Notes under the pieces: model-generated | What the model saw: only the letters and a program-made list of their open reading frames with translations | Told to the model about the DNA's origin: nothing | Databases searched by the model: none | Position numbers and translations under genes: made by a program | Shown here: positions 48,680 through 56,686 of the stretch, piece by piece | How the letters are laid out: every line of letters begins with the position of its first letter | Numbering within the stretch: position 1 is the first letter of the stretch | Assembly: GCA_964613475.1 (NCBI GenBank) | Contig: CAZTGV010000004.1 | Location: 12,375-76,374 of the forward strand | DNA: 64,000 bases | From: an uncultured Gemmatimonadota bacterium | GTDB taxonomy: Bacteria; Gemmatimonadota; Gemmatimonadetes; Palauibacterales; Palauibacteraceae | Reading direction: 5' to 3'

Positions 48680-49069
48680 TCAGCAGCGGGCCGGCGCCTG
48701 GCCGGCGGTCTCCGCGTGCGCCTTGGCGACCAGCCGATCCACCAGCCGGTCGAGCGGCATCTCCCGATGGAAGACGAAGTCCAGCAGCATGGGGAGGCTG
48801 GCCCCCGTCACGATCCCCAGGGCCGGGGACCGCCGCGCGACCAGCCGGCCGGCGAAGGCGCAGCTTCCGCTGGCCAGGTCCACGAAGATCACCGCCCGCC
48901 CCGGCCCGCAGGCGCGTTCGACCCGGTCGGTGAGCTCCTCCGGCCCGAGGCCCTCGTTGCTGACCGGCACCAGGGCGCCCGCCACGCCCGAGATGCGCTC
49001 CACCGCCCGCACGAACGCCTCCGCCAGGTCCGCGTGCGCCACCACGACGCCGCGGGCCGGCTCACTCAT
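48680..49069 (-). CDS. PTS mannose-family EIIA component
   Basis: 129 aa. GVVVAHADLAEAFVRAVE...IFVDLASGSC. Confidence 0.75.
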   Translation of the reverse strand: MSEPARGVVVAHADLAEAFVRAVERISGVAGALVPVSNEGLGPEELTDRVERACGPGRAVIFVDLASGSCAFAGRLVARRSPALGIVTGASLPMLLDFVFHREMPLDRLVDRLVAKAHAETAGQAPARC

Positions 49070-50021
49070 TGTCCTCCTCGAGGTACTCGCGGACCGGCTG
49101 CATGCGGTTCCGGAGGTTCCGGTCGAACGCCGCGGCCGCGTCCAGACCGGCGTAGCGGAGGAGGTGGTTCATCGCCACCACCTCCGCGATCACCGTGATG
49201 TTCTTCCCGGGGTTCAGCGGGACCACCACGCGCGGGAGCTCCACCTTCAGGATGCCGGTCGTCTCCGTCTCGAGGCCCGTCCGGTCGTAGTAGGCGTCGT
49301 CCCGCCACTCCTCGAGCTGCACGACCACCTCGATCCGCTTCTGCTGGCGGGTGGCGCGGATCCCGAACAGGGCCCGCACGTCGATGATGCCGACGCCCCG
49401 GATCTCCATGTGGTGGCGCTGGAACTCGTGGCCGCGGCCGATCAGGACGTCGTTGCCCCGCCGGTGGACGAGCACCACATCGTCCGCCACCAGCCGATGG
49501 CCCCGCTCCACCAGGTCCAGGACGCACTCGCTCTTTCCGATCCCGCTCCGGCCGACGAACAGGAGCCCCACCCCATAGACGTCGGCCAGCGAGCCGTGGA
49601 TCGCGGTGCTCGGGGCGAACGCGTCCTCCAGGTACGGCTTGATCCGACGGTAGAAGTCGCCGGTCTTGAGGTGCGTCCGGAGGAGCGCGATGCCGTGGCG
49701 ACACGCCGCCTCCTCCATCCCGGCCGGGGGGTCCAGGCCCTTGGTGACCAGGACGCACGGGACGCCGGCGGCGAACACCGACTCGACCGCCCCGCGCGCC
49801 GCCTCGGCGTCCAGCTCGTTCAGGTAGGAGACCTCGGTCTCTCCGAACACCTGGATGCGGTCCGCCACGAAGCGCCGCGTGTAGCCGGCCAGCGCGATCC
49901 CGGGACTCGAGACGTCGGGGCCGGGGATCGGCCGGTCGAGCCCCTCCTCGCCCGCCAGGAGCTCCAGCCGCAGCGTCTCCCGCTTCCGCTCCAGCAGGTC
50001 CCGGACGCGCATCCCGCTCAC
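49062..50021 (-). CDS. hprK: HPr kinase/phosphorylase
   Basis: HGSLADVYGVGLLFVGRSGIGKSECVLDLVERGHRLVADD...MEIRGVGIIDV. Confidence 0.9.
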   Translation of the reverse strand: MSGMRVRDLLERKRETLRLELLAGEEGLDRPIPGPDVSSPGIALAGYTRRFVADRIQVFGETEVSYLNELDAEAARGAVESVFAAGVPCVLVTKGLDPPAGMEEAACRHGIALLRTHLKTGDFYRRIKPYLEDAFAPSTAIHGSLADVYGVGLLFVGRSGIGKSECVLDLVERGHRLVADDVVLVHRRGNDVLIGRGHEFQRHHMEIRGVGIIDVRALFGIRATRQQKRIEVVVQLEEWRDDAYYDRTGLETETTGILKVELPRVVVPLNPGKNITVIAEVVAMNHLLRYAGLDAAAAFDRNLRNRMQPVREYLEEDNE

Positions 50022-50027
50022 CGGGCC

Positions 50028-50357
50028 CTAGCCCTCCGGGGACGGACGCGCGTCGCGCGGCACGGCCTGATGGTCTCGGCGCCGCGAATGGTGCTTCCGG
50101 AGCTGTCGGGAAAGCTTGTCCACCAACCGGTCGGTGGCGGTGCGGAAGTCGCGCGCCCGGGCCCGGGCGTGGATCGGCGCGGCGCGGTCCACGCTCAGGA
50201 GCGCCTCCGCCTCGCAGTGGTTCTTCTCCTCCAGCAGCGTCACCTCGGCGCGCGACACGCGGGGCTCGAAGCGCTCGAGCCGCTGGAGCCGCTCTTCCAC
50301 CAGCCGCCGCAACCCGTCGCGCGGCTCGAACTGACGGGCCGATACGATCACCTGCAT
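50028..50357 (-). CDS. hpf: ribosome hibernation promoting factor (RaiA/HPF family)
   Basis: ATG at 50357. MQVIVSARQFEPRDGLRRLVEERLQRLERFEPRVSRAEVTL...DFRTATDRLVDKLSRQLRK. Confidence 0.85.
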   Translation of the reverse strand: MQVIVSARQFEPRDGLRRLVEERLQRLERFEPRVSRAEVTLLEEKNHCEAEALLSVDRAAPIHARARARDFRTATDRLVDKLSRQLRKHHSRRRDHQAVPRDARPSPEG

Positions 50358-51511
50358 GCCGCTCCTCCTCTCGCTCCGTGCGCGCTGATCAACGACCGCT
50401 CCGTGGCCTCGGCCGCCCGCTCCCACGAGAATCGCGCCGCGTGGCGGAGCGCCCCCTCGCGCAGGCGAGCCCGCAGCTCGGAGCTTCGGAGCAGGCGCAG
50501 AAGGCGTTCCGTCCACGCGGCCTCGTCCCCGTGCGGGACGAGGAATCCGGACCGCCCGTCGGCGACCGATTCCCGCAGCCCCGGGGAGTCGCTGGCCACC
50601 GAGGGCGTGCCGCATGCCGCGGCCTCCACGTTCGCGATCCCCCATCCTTCCTTGGGCGAGGGGTAGACGTGCACCCAGGCGCGGCGCAGCAGCTCCACCT
50701 TGCGCGCCTCCGCCACATAGCCGAGGAACGTCACCCGGGCCTCCACCCCCCGCCGGCGGGCGAGCCGCTCCAGCCGAGGGCGGTCGTCACCCCGCCCGGC
50801 GACCAGCAGCCGGGCAGGCGTCCCCGCCTCGCCCAGCCGGCGCAGCGCGCCGAGCACCACGTCCAGCCCCTTGTACCGCTTGAGGCGACCCACGTACAGG
50901 AGCGTGGGCTCCTCATACTTCCCTACCCCGGAGTCCGGCCTGAAGCGCCGGTGGTCCACGCCGGGGGGGATCACCTCGATCCGCCCGGGATCGAACCCGC
51001 GCCGCGCCAGGTCGTCCGCCGTCCCGCGCGAGATCGCCTGGACCGGGACGCCGGCGTAGGCGGCCGGCATGGCGCGCTCGGCCGCCCACACGACGGCGGC
51101 CACCGGCCACGCCGCTTCGCGGAAGGCGACCGAGCCGAACAGGTGCGGCACCAGCAGGACGACCGGCTCCCGTACCCACCGAGGCGTGAAGAGCGGCAGC
51201 TTGTTCACGTCCTCCACCACCAGGTCGAAGCCGGCCGCGCGCAGCCGCCGGTACGCGGCGCGGACGCGGAGCGGGAAGGTGTGCCGACCCGCCACCCGGT
51301 GGACCGACAGGCCGTCCAGCGTCTCCTCGGGCGGCGCCCCGGACCACCCCGAGGCGAGCAGGGTCACCCGGTGCCCGGACGCCGCGAGGCGGCCGAAGAT
51401 CTCGTGCAGGTGGACCTCCGCGCCGCCCGCCTGCGGATTCCGCCGGTCGAGCCAGTTGACGACCAGGATCCGGAGCCGCCCCTCCGACGTCGGGTCGGCC
51501 CGGCCGCTCAC
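50348..51511 (-). CDS. glycosyltransferase, family 4 (GT-B, group 1)
   Basis: GTG at 51511 forms a GTGA overlap with nusB. LRILVVNW...GGAEVHLHEI. C-terminal PSPKEGWGIANVEAAACGTPSVASD. Confidence 0.85.
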   Translation of the reverse strand: MSGRADPTSEGRLRILVVNWLDRRNPQAGGAEVHLHEIFGRLAASGHRVTLLASGWSGAPPEETLDGLSVHRVAGRHTFPLRVRAAYRRLRAAGFDLVVEDVNKLPLFTPRWVREPVVLLVPHLFGSVAFREAAWPVAAVVWAAERAMPAAYAGVPVQAISRGTADDLARRGFDPGRIEVIPPGVDHRRFRPDSGVGKYEEPTLLYVGRLKRYKGLDVVLGALRRLGEAGTPARLLVAGRGDDRPRLERLARRRGVEARVTFLGYVAEARKVELLRRAWVHVYPSPKEGWGIANVEAAACGTPSVASDSPGLRESVADGRSGFLVPHGDEAAWTERLLRLLRSSELRARLREGALRHAARFSWERAAEATERSLISAHGARGGAACR

Positions 51512-51945
51512 GCGCCGTTCGCGTCGCGATGGCCGTGATAGACCGCGTCCAGCACGCCGTTCACGAAGCGCGGGCTCTCGTCGCTGCCGTACCGTTCGGC
51601 CAACCGCACCGCCTCGTGGACCGCGACCTTCCCGGGCACGTCGTCCGCGTACCGCAACTCGGCGACCCCGATCCGCAGGATGGCGCGATCGACCGCCGCC
51701 AGCCGGTCGATCCGCCAGTTCGGCATGGCCGCCGTGAGCACCGCGTCGATCTCCTCCAGGTGCGCGTCCACCCACTCGAGCAGCCGCTCCGCGTAGGGCC
51801 GGTACCGCGGCGAGATGCGGCGGCGGGAGAGCGCCTCGCGGGCGAACGCCGCCGGCCGACCCCGTCCGGCCATGTCCCACCCGTACAGGAGCTGCAGCGC
51901 CCAGCTCCGCGCCCGGCTCCGGACGTGGGTCGCCGGCCGGGTCAA
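51508..51945 (-). CDS. nusB: transcription antitermination factor NusB
   Basis: RSRARSWALQLLYGWD...WRIDRLAAVDRAILRIGVAEL...AVHEAVRLAERYGSDESPRFVNGVLD. The TTG start at 51945 is tentative. Confidence 0.8.
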   Translation of the reverse strand: MTRPATHVRSRARSWALQLLYGWDMAGRGRPAAFAREALSRRRISPRYRPYAERLLEWVDAHLEEIDAVLTAAMPNWRIDRLAAVDRAILRIGVAELRYADDVPGKVAVHEAVRLAERYGSDESPRFVNGVLDAVYHGHRDANGA

Positions 51946-51967
51946 CGCGGAGCGCCCGGCGCGCCCC

Positions 51968-52438
51968 TCACCCGCCGGAGGGGAACCGGGCGAACAGGTC
52001 GCACATCTCCAGCGCGGCGCCCGCCGCCTCGGCGCCCTTGTTGCCGGCATCCCCGCCCGCCCGGGCCAGCGCCTGCCGGAGGTCGTCGGTGGTGAGCACG
52101 CCGAAGGCGACCGGCACGCCGCTCTCCGCGCACAGGCGGGAGAGGCCCGCCGCGACCCCCTGGCAGATGTACTCGAAGTGCGGGGTCTCCCCCCGGATGA
52201 CCGCCCCCAGGGCGACGACCGCGTCGTAGCCCGTCTCGACCGCGCGGGCCGAGGCGGAGACGAGCTCCCAGCCCCCGGGCACCCGCACCACGTCCACGTC
52301 GGACTCGGACACGCCCCGGGCCAGCAGCTCCCCGCGGGCCCCCTCCAGCAGGCGCTCGGTCACCATCGGGTTGAACCGGCTCACGACCAGGCAGATGCGC
52401 CGCCCCCGGCCGTCGGGCTCCCCCCGGAACTCCGGCAT
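51968..52438 (-). CDS. ribH: 6,7-dimethyl-8-ribityllumazine synthase
   Basis: 156 aa. VVSRFN...VRVPGGWELV...GAVIRGETPHFEYI. Confidence 0.9.
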   Translation of the reverse strand: MPEFRGEPDGRGRRICLVVSRFNPMVTERLLEGARGELLARGVSESDVDVVRVPGGWELVSASARAVETGYDAVVALGAVIRGETPHFEYICQGVAAGLSRLCAESGVPVAFGVLTTDDLRQALARAGGDAGNKGAEAAGAALEMCDLFARFPSGG

Positions 52439-52459
52439 CCGCCGGGCGCTCCGCCTCGC

Positions 52460-53680
52460 TCAGGACGAGCCGAGGAGATGGCCGAGCTTCTCCCGCTTCG
52501 CGTCCAGGTAGAGCCGGCTCCGGGTCGAGGCGTCGATCTCCAGCGGCAGGCGGTCGGTGATCCGGAGGCCGAAGCCCTCGAGGCCGGAGAGCTTCTTGGG
52601 GTTGTTCGTCATGATGCGGATGGAATGGAGGCCGAGGTCCACCAGGATCTGCGCCCCGATGCCGTAGTTCCGGAGGTCGGGCGGGAAGCCGAGGACCTCG
52701 TTGGCCTCGACCGTGTCGTGTCCCTGGTCCTGGAGCTCGTACGCCCGGAGCTTGTTCAGCAGCCCGATCCCGCGCCCCTCCTGGTCCAGGTACACCAGCA
52801 CCCCCGCGCCCTCCTCGACGATCCTGGTCATCGCCGCGTCCAGCTGGGCGCCGCAGTCGCAGCGCCGCGAGTGGAACACGTCGCCGGTCAGACATTTGGA
52901 GTGGACCCGGACGAGCACGTCCTCCAGCCGCCCCACCTCCCCGCGCACCAGCGCCACGTGCTCCCGGCTGTCCACGTCGTTCCGGTAACCGATGATCCGG
53001 AAGGCGCCCCAGGGCGTCGGGAGCTCCGCCTCGGCGACCCGGTGCACGAGCCGCTCGTTCTTGAGCCGGTAGGAGACGATCTGCGCGACGGTCACGAACG
53101 GGATCCCGTGTCGATGCGAGAAGGCCTCCAGCTCCGGACGACGGGCCATCGTGCCGTCCGGGTTCAGGATCTCGCAGATGACCCCCGCCGGCCGCAGGTC
53201 GGCCATCCGGGCCAGGTCCACCGAGGCCTCCGTCTGGCCGACCCGCTGCAGCACGCCCCCGGGCTTCGCCCGGAGCGGGAAGATGTGGCCGGGACGCATG
53301 AGGTCGGTCGGGCGGGTGTCGGGGTTCACCGCCACCTGGATCGTGCGCGCCCGGTCGTGGGCGCTGATCCCGGTGCTCACGCCGAACTCCGAGCGGGCGT
53401 CGATCGACACGGTGAAGGCCGTCTCGTTCGGGTCGGAGCGCCGCCCGTTGGCCATGAGGGGGAGGTCGAGGCGGTCGGCGATCTCCCCCGCGATGGTGAG
53501 GCAGACGAGGCCCCGGCCGTGGGTCGCCATGAAGTTGATCTTCTCGGCGGTGATCTTCTCGGCCGCGCAGACCAGATCCCCCTCGTTCTCCCGGTCCTCG
53601 TCGTCCGCCACGATGACCAGGTCGCCCCGTCGCACGGCGGCGATCGCGGTCTCGACGGCGTGCTCGAAATCGGCTGGCAT
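52460..53680 (-). CDS. ribBA: bifunctional 3,4-dihydroxy-2-butanone-4-phosphate synthase / GTP cyclohydrolase II
   Basis: ATG at 53680 (alternative GTG at 53758, a GTGA overlap with ribE). VIVADDEDRENEGDLV, and HSKCLTGDVFHSRRCDCG with the GCH-II zinc cysteines. Confidence 0.9.
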   Translation of the reverse strand: MPADFEHAVETAIAAVRRGDLVIVADDEDRENEGDLVCAAEKITAEKINFMATHGRGLVCLTIAGEIADRLDLPLMANGRRSDPNETAFTVSIDARSEFGVSTGISAHDRARTIQVAVNPDTRPTDLMRPGHIFPLRAKPGGVLQRVGQTEASVDLARMADLRPAGVICEILNPDGTMARRPELEAFSHRHGIPFVTVAQIVSYRLKNERLVHRVAEAELPTPWGAFRIIGYRNDVDSREHVALVRGEVGRLEDVLVRVHSKCLTGDVFHSRRCDCGAQLDAAMTRIVEEGAGVLVYLDQEGRGIGLLNKLRAYELQDQGHDTVEANEVLGFPPDLRNYGIGAQILVDLGLHSIRIMTNNPKKLSGLEGFGLRITDRLPLEIDASTRSRLYLDAKREKLGHLLGSS

Positions 53681-53754
53681 TCGGTTCGCCACCTTGTCTG
53701 GGTTCCGCGTCCGCCCGCCGGCGACCCGGCGGATGCGCGCCGCGTCCGTGCCGC

Positions 53755-54357
53755 TCACCGGTCGGGGGCGTACGGGATCAGCAGCTTCCGCACGTACTTC
53801 CCGACCAGGTCCGCCTCCACGTTGGCCCGGTCCCCGGGCCGGAGGCGGCAGAGATTGGTCCGGCTCCATGTATACGGGATGATCGCGACCTCCGCGACAT
53901 CGCCGGAGAGCGCGGCCACCGTGAGGCTGACGCCGGCCACCGCGAGGGAGCCCCGCTCCACCGTCACCGCGGCGACCTCCGCGGGGAGCCGGACGCGCAG
54001 GCGGGCCCCCTCCTCCTCGGGGCGGACCTCGAGCACCTCCGCCACCCCGTCGACGTGTCCCTGCACGAGGTGTCCGCCCAACCGGTCGTCCGCCCGGAGG
54101 GCCCGTTCGAGATTCACCCGGCAGCCGGGCCGGAGGTCCGCCAGCGTGGTCCGGGCGAGCGTGGCGGGGACCGAGGTGAAGGAGAAGGCGCCGGCGCCCC
54201 GCGCGGTGACCGTCTGGCAGACGCCGTCCACCGCCACGCTCTCCCCCTCGTCCAGCCCCTCGGCGAAGGCGCCCGCCTCCACGCGGAAGTCCACGCCGTC
54301 CGACCGGGCGCGCCGATCCGCCACCGTCCCGACCGTTTGCACGAGGCCGGTGAACAT
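53755..54357 (-). CDS. ribE: riboflavin synthase alpha chain
   Basis: MFTGLVQTVGTV, with the internal repeat GHLVQGHVDGVAEV. Confidence 0.9.
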   Translation of the reverse strand: MFTGLVQTVGTVADRRARSDGVDFRVEAGAFAEGLDEGESVAVDGVCQTVTARGAGAFSFTSVPATLARTTLADLRPGCRVNLERALRADDRLGGHLVQGHVDGVAEVLEVRPEEEGARLRVRLPAEVAAVTVERGSLAVAGVSLTVAALSGDVAEVAIIPYTWSRTNLCRLRPGDRANVEADLVGKYVRKLLIPYAPDR

Positions 54358-55616
54358 CAGGCCTCCTCCGACGAGGTCCGCGCGGCGTGCTTCGAGGCTC
54401 CGCGCCCGCGGAGCGCCGCCCCGACCCGCCCTCCGAGGGCGCGGGCCAGCTCCCGCAGGCGCGCGTGCTCCAGGACCAGGAGGGTGTCGCGGCCCAGGGC
54501 GCGCCGCGAGACCGGCCGCCACCCGCCGCCGGGCGGGTGGCCTTCCCCACCCGGCGGCCCGAGGCCGGGGAAGGCCGGCACCCCCTCCGGACCGTAGAGT
54601 CGCGGGGCGTAGATCAGGTGCAGGCGCTGGAGCAGGCCCGCCGCGAGCAGCGACGCCGCCACCCGGCCGCCCCCCTCCACCAGCACCGACTGCACCCCCT
54701 CGCCACCGAGCGCCGCCCAGGCCGCCTCCGGATCCAGCGCGTGCGGGCCCGCCGCCTCCACCGGGAGCACCCGCACGCCGCGGGCCTCGAGCGCACGCCG
54801 GGTCGTGGCGGGAGCGTCCGGCGAGGCCAGGACCCAGGTCGGCGCCTCATCCACCGTGCGGACGAGCGCCGCCTCCGGCGACAGCCTCAGCCCGGGGTCG
54901 AGCACGACGCGGATCGGGGGGCGCCGGGGCGCCGGCTCCCCGCGCGCGGTGAGGCGGGGGTCGTCGACCGAGGCGGTGCGCCGGCCGACCAGCACCGCGT
55001 CGTGACCCGCGCGCAGCCGGTGGACCTCGCGCCAGGCGCGGGGGCCGCTCACCGCGCTGCGGACGCCCGGTCGCTCGGCGATCCGCGCGTCCAGGCTGAG
55101 CGCCAGCTTGAGAGCGCCGAAGGGCAGCCCGCGGGCGTGGCGCCACAGGAAGGCCGCGTTGGCGCGGCACGCCGCCGCGGCGCCGACGCCGAGCGCCACC
55201 TCCACGCCGGCGGCGCGGAGGCGCTCGATCCCGCCGCCCGCCCGCGGGTTCGGGTCACGGGTCGCGACCACCACGCGGCGCACGCCGGAGGCGAGCACCG
55301 CCTCGACGCAGGGCGGCGTCTTGCCCGCGTGCGCGCACGGCTCCAGGGTCAGGTAGATCGTCGCACCACGCGCCGCCGGCCCCGCCGCCCGCAGCGCGAC
55401 CACCTCCGCGTGCTCGGTGCCGAACGCCCGGTGCCACCCTTCGCCCGTTACCCGCCCGTCCCGCGCCACCACCGCACCGACCAGCGGGTTGGGGGAGACC
55501 GCCCCCCAACCGCGACGCGCCAGGGCGACCGCCCGCGCCATGAGCCGCCGGTCGCCCTCGGAGCCCCGCCCTACCGGCTCCGGGACGGAAGCCGGAGCGC
55601 CGGGCCGCCCGCTCAT
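54357..55616 (-). CDS. ribD: bifunctional diaminohydroxyphosphoribosylaminopyrimidine deaminase / 5-amino-6-(5-phosphoribosylamino)uracil reductase
   Basis: ATG at 55616 forms an ATGA overlap with purM. HAEVVAL...TLEPCAHAGKTPPC deaminase zinc site and a C-terminal reductase domain. Confidence 0.9.
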   Translation of the reverse strand: MSGRPGAPASVPEPVGRGSEGDRRLMARAVALARRGWGAVSPNPLVGAVVARDGRVTGEGWHRAFGTEHAEVVALRAAGPAARGATIYLTLEPCAHAGKTPPCVEAVLASGVRRVVVATRDPNPRAGGGIERLRAAGVEVALGVGAAAACRANAAFLWRHARGLPFGALKLALSLDARIAERPGVRSAVSGPRAWREVHRLRAGHDAVLVGRRTASVDDPRLTARGEPAPRRPPIRVVLDPGLRLSPEAALVRTVDEAPTWVLASPDAPATTRRALEARGVRVLPVEAAGPHALDPEAAWAALGGEGVQSVLVEGGGRVAASLLAAGLLQRLHLIYAPRLYGPEGVPAFPGLGPPGGEGHPPGGGWRPVSRRALGRDTLLVLEHARLRELARALGGRVGAALRGRGASKHAARTSSEEA

Positions 55617-56686
55617 CCCGCGGCGGCCCCCGCCGCGCCGAGGCCCTCCAGGCGCACGGACCCGGAGCCTCGCGTCAGCTCGCCGCACGTCCAGGCGGGG
55701 CAGCCGGCGCTCCGCACGTCGCGGAGCACCGCGGCTTCGTCCCCGGACCGCACGACCGCGATCATCCCGACCCCCATGTTGAAGGTCCGGAACATCTCCC
55801 AGTCCGAAGCCCCGCTCGCTTCCGCCAGGAAGCGGAACTCGGCCGGTGGCTCCCAGCTCAACGCGTCCACCACCGCGTCCAGCTCCGGCGGCAGCACCCG
55901 GTCCAGGTTGCCCGGGATCCCGCCCCCGGTGATGTGGGCCAGGGCGCGCACGCGGCCGGCCGCGCAGGGCTCGCGGAGGGGCACCAGATAGGAGCGATGC
56001 GGCCGCAGGAGCACCTCGGCCACCGTGCCTCCGGTGCCGGGAAGCGCGTCGTCCACCGCCATCCCGAGCCGCTCGAAGATCAGCTTGCGTACGAAGCTGT
56101 ACCCGTTCGTATGAAGCCCGTTCGAGGCGAGGCCGATCAGCCGATCGCCGACCTCCAGCCCCCGGCGGGCCACCGCGTCGAAGGCGTGTCGGCCGACGAT
56201 GAAGCCCGCCAGGTCGTACTCTCCCGGCGCGTACAGGTCCGGCATCTCGGCCGTCTCTCCCCCGAGCAGGGCGCACCCGTTCTCGCGGCAGGCGCGGGCC
56301 ACTCCGGACACGACCTGGAGCGCGACCTCCGGCTCCAGCCGGCCAGTGGCGAAGTAGTCGAGGAAGACGAGCGGCAGCGCGCCCTCGGCCAGCAGGTCGT
56401 CCACGCAGTGGTTGACCAGGTCCTCGCCGATCGTCTCGTGCCGGCCCGCCCGGAAGGCGACCTTGAGCTTGGTCCCGACCCCGTCGGCGCTGGCCACGAG
56501 CTCGGTCCCGGGCGGGGCGGCGAAGCGGCCGCCGAAGGACCCGAAGGCGGAGCGAACCGCGTCGGTGCGGGTGGAGGCCACCAGCTCGGCGAGGCGCGCC
56601 TTGACCGTCGCGGCGGCCGTGCGGTCCACCCCGGCGTCGCGATACGTGAGCCCGGCGGGACCGGGCCGGGGCCCGGCCCCGCTCAT
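55613..56686 (-). CDS. purM: phosphoribosylformylglycinamidine cyclo-ligase (AIR synthetase)
   Basis: LTYRDAGVD...DGVGTK...DLVNHCVDDLLAEGA.PLVFLDY...GGETAEMP. Confidence 0.9.
   Translation of the reverse strand: MSGAGPRPGPAGLTYRDAGVDRTAAATVKARLAELVASTRTDAVRSAFGSFGGRFAAPPGTELVASADGVGTKLKVAFRAGRHETIGEDLVNHCVDDLLAEGALPLVFLDYFATGRLEPEVALQVVSGVARACRENGCALLGGETAEMPDLYAPGEYDLAGFIVGRHAFDAVARRGLEVGDRLIGLASNGLHTNGYSFVRKLIFERLGMAVDDALPGTGGTVAEVLLRPHRSYLVPLREPCAAGRVRALAHITGGGIPGNLDRVLPPELDAVVDALSWEPPAEFRFLAEASGASDWEMFRTFNMGVGMIAVVRSGDEAAVLRDVRSAGCPAWTCGELTRGSGSVRLEGLGAAGAAAG

Noticed and set aside
51815-54952. 1045-aa plus-strand ORF, the second-longest in the track after the 24090-27347 minus-strand ORF
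   Set aside because: It runs antisense to nusB, ribH, ribBA, ribE and ribD, all of which carry unmistakable family motifs. Its translation is Arg/Pro/Gly/Ala-rich low-complexity sequence, typical of off-frame reading in very GC-rich DNA.
55600-55630. FMN (RFN) riboswitch upstream of the rib genes
   Set aside because: ribD overlaps purM by 4 nt, so there is no intergenic space. No RFN-like sequence was seen upstream of ribBA or ribH either.
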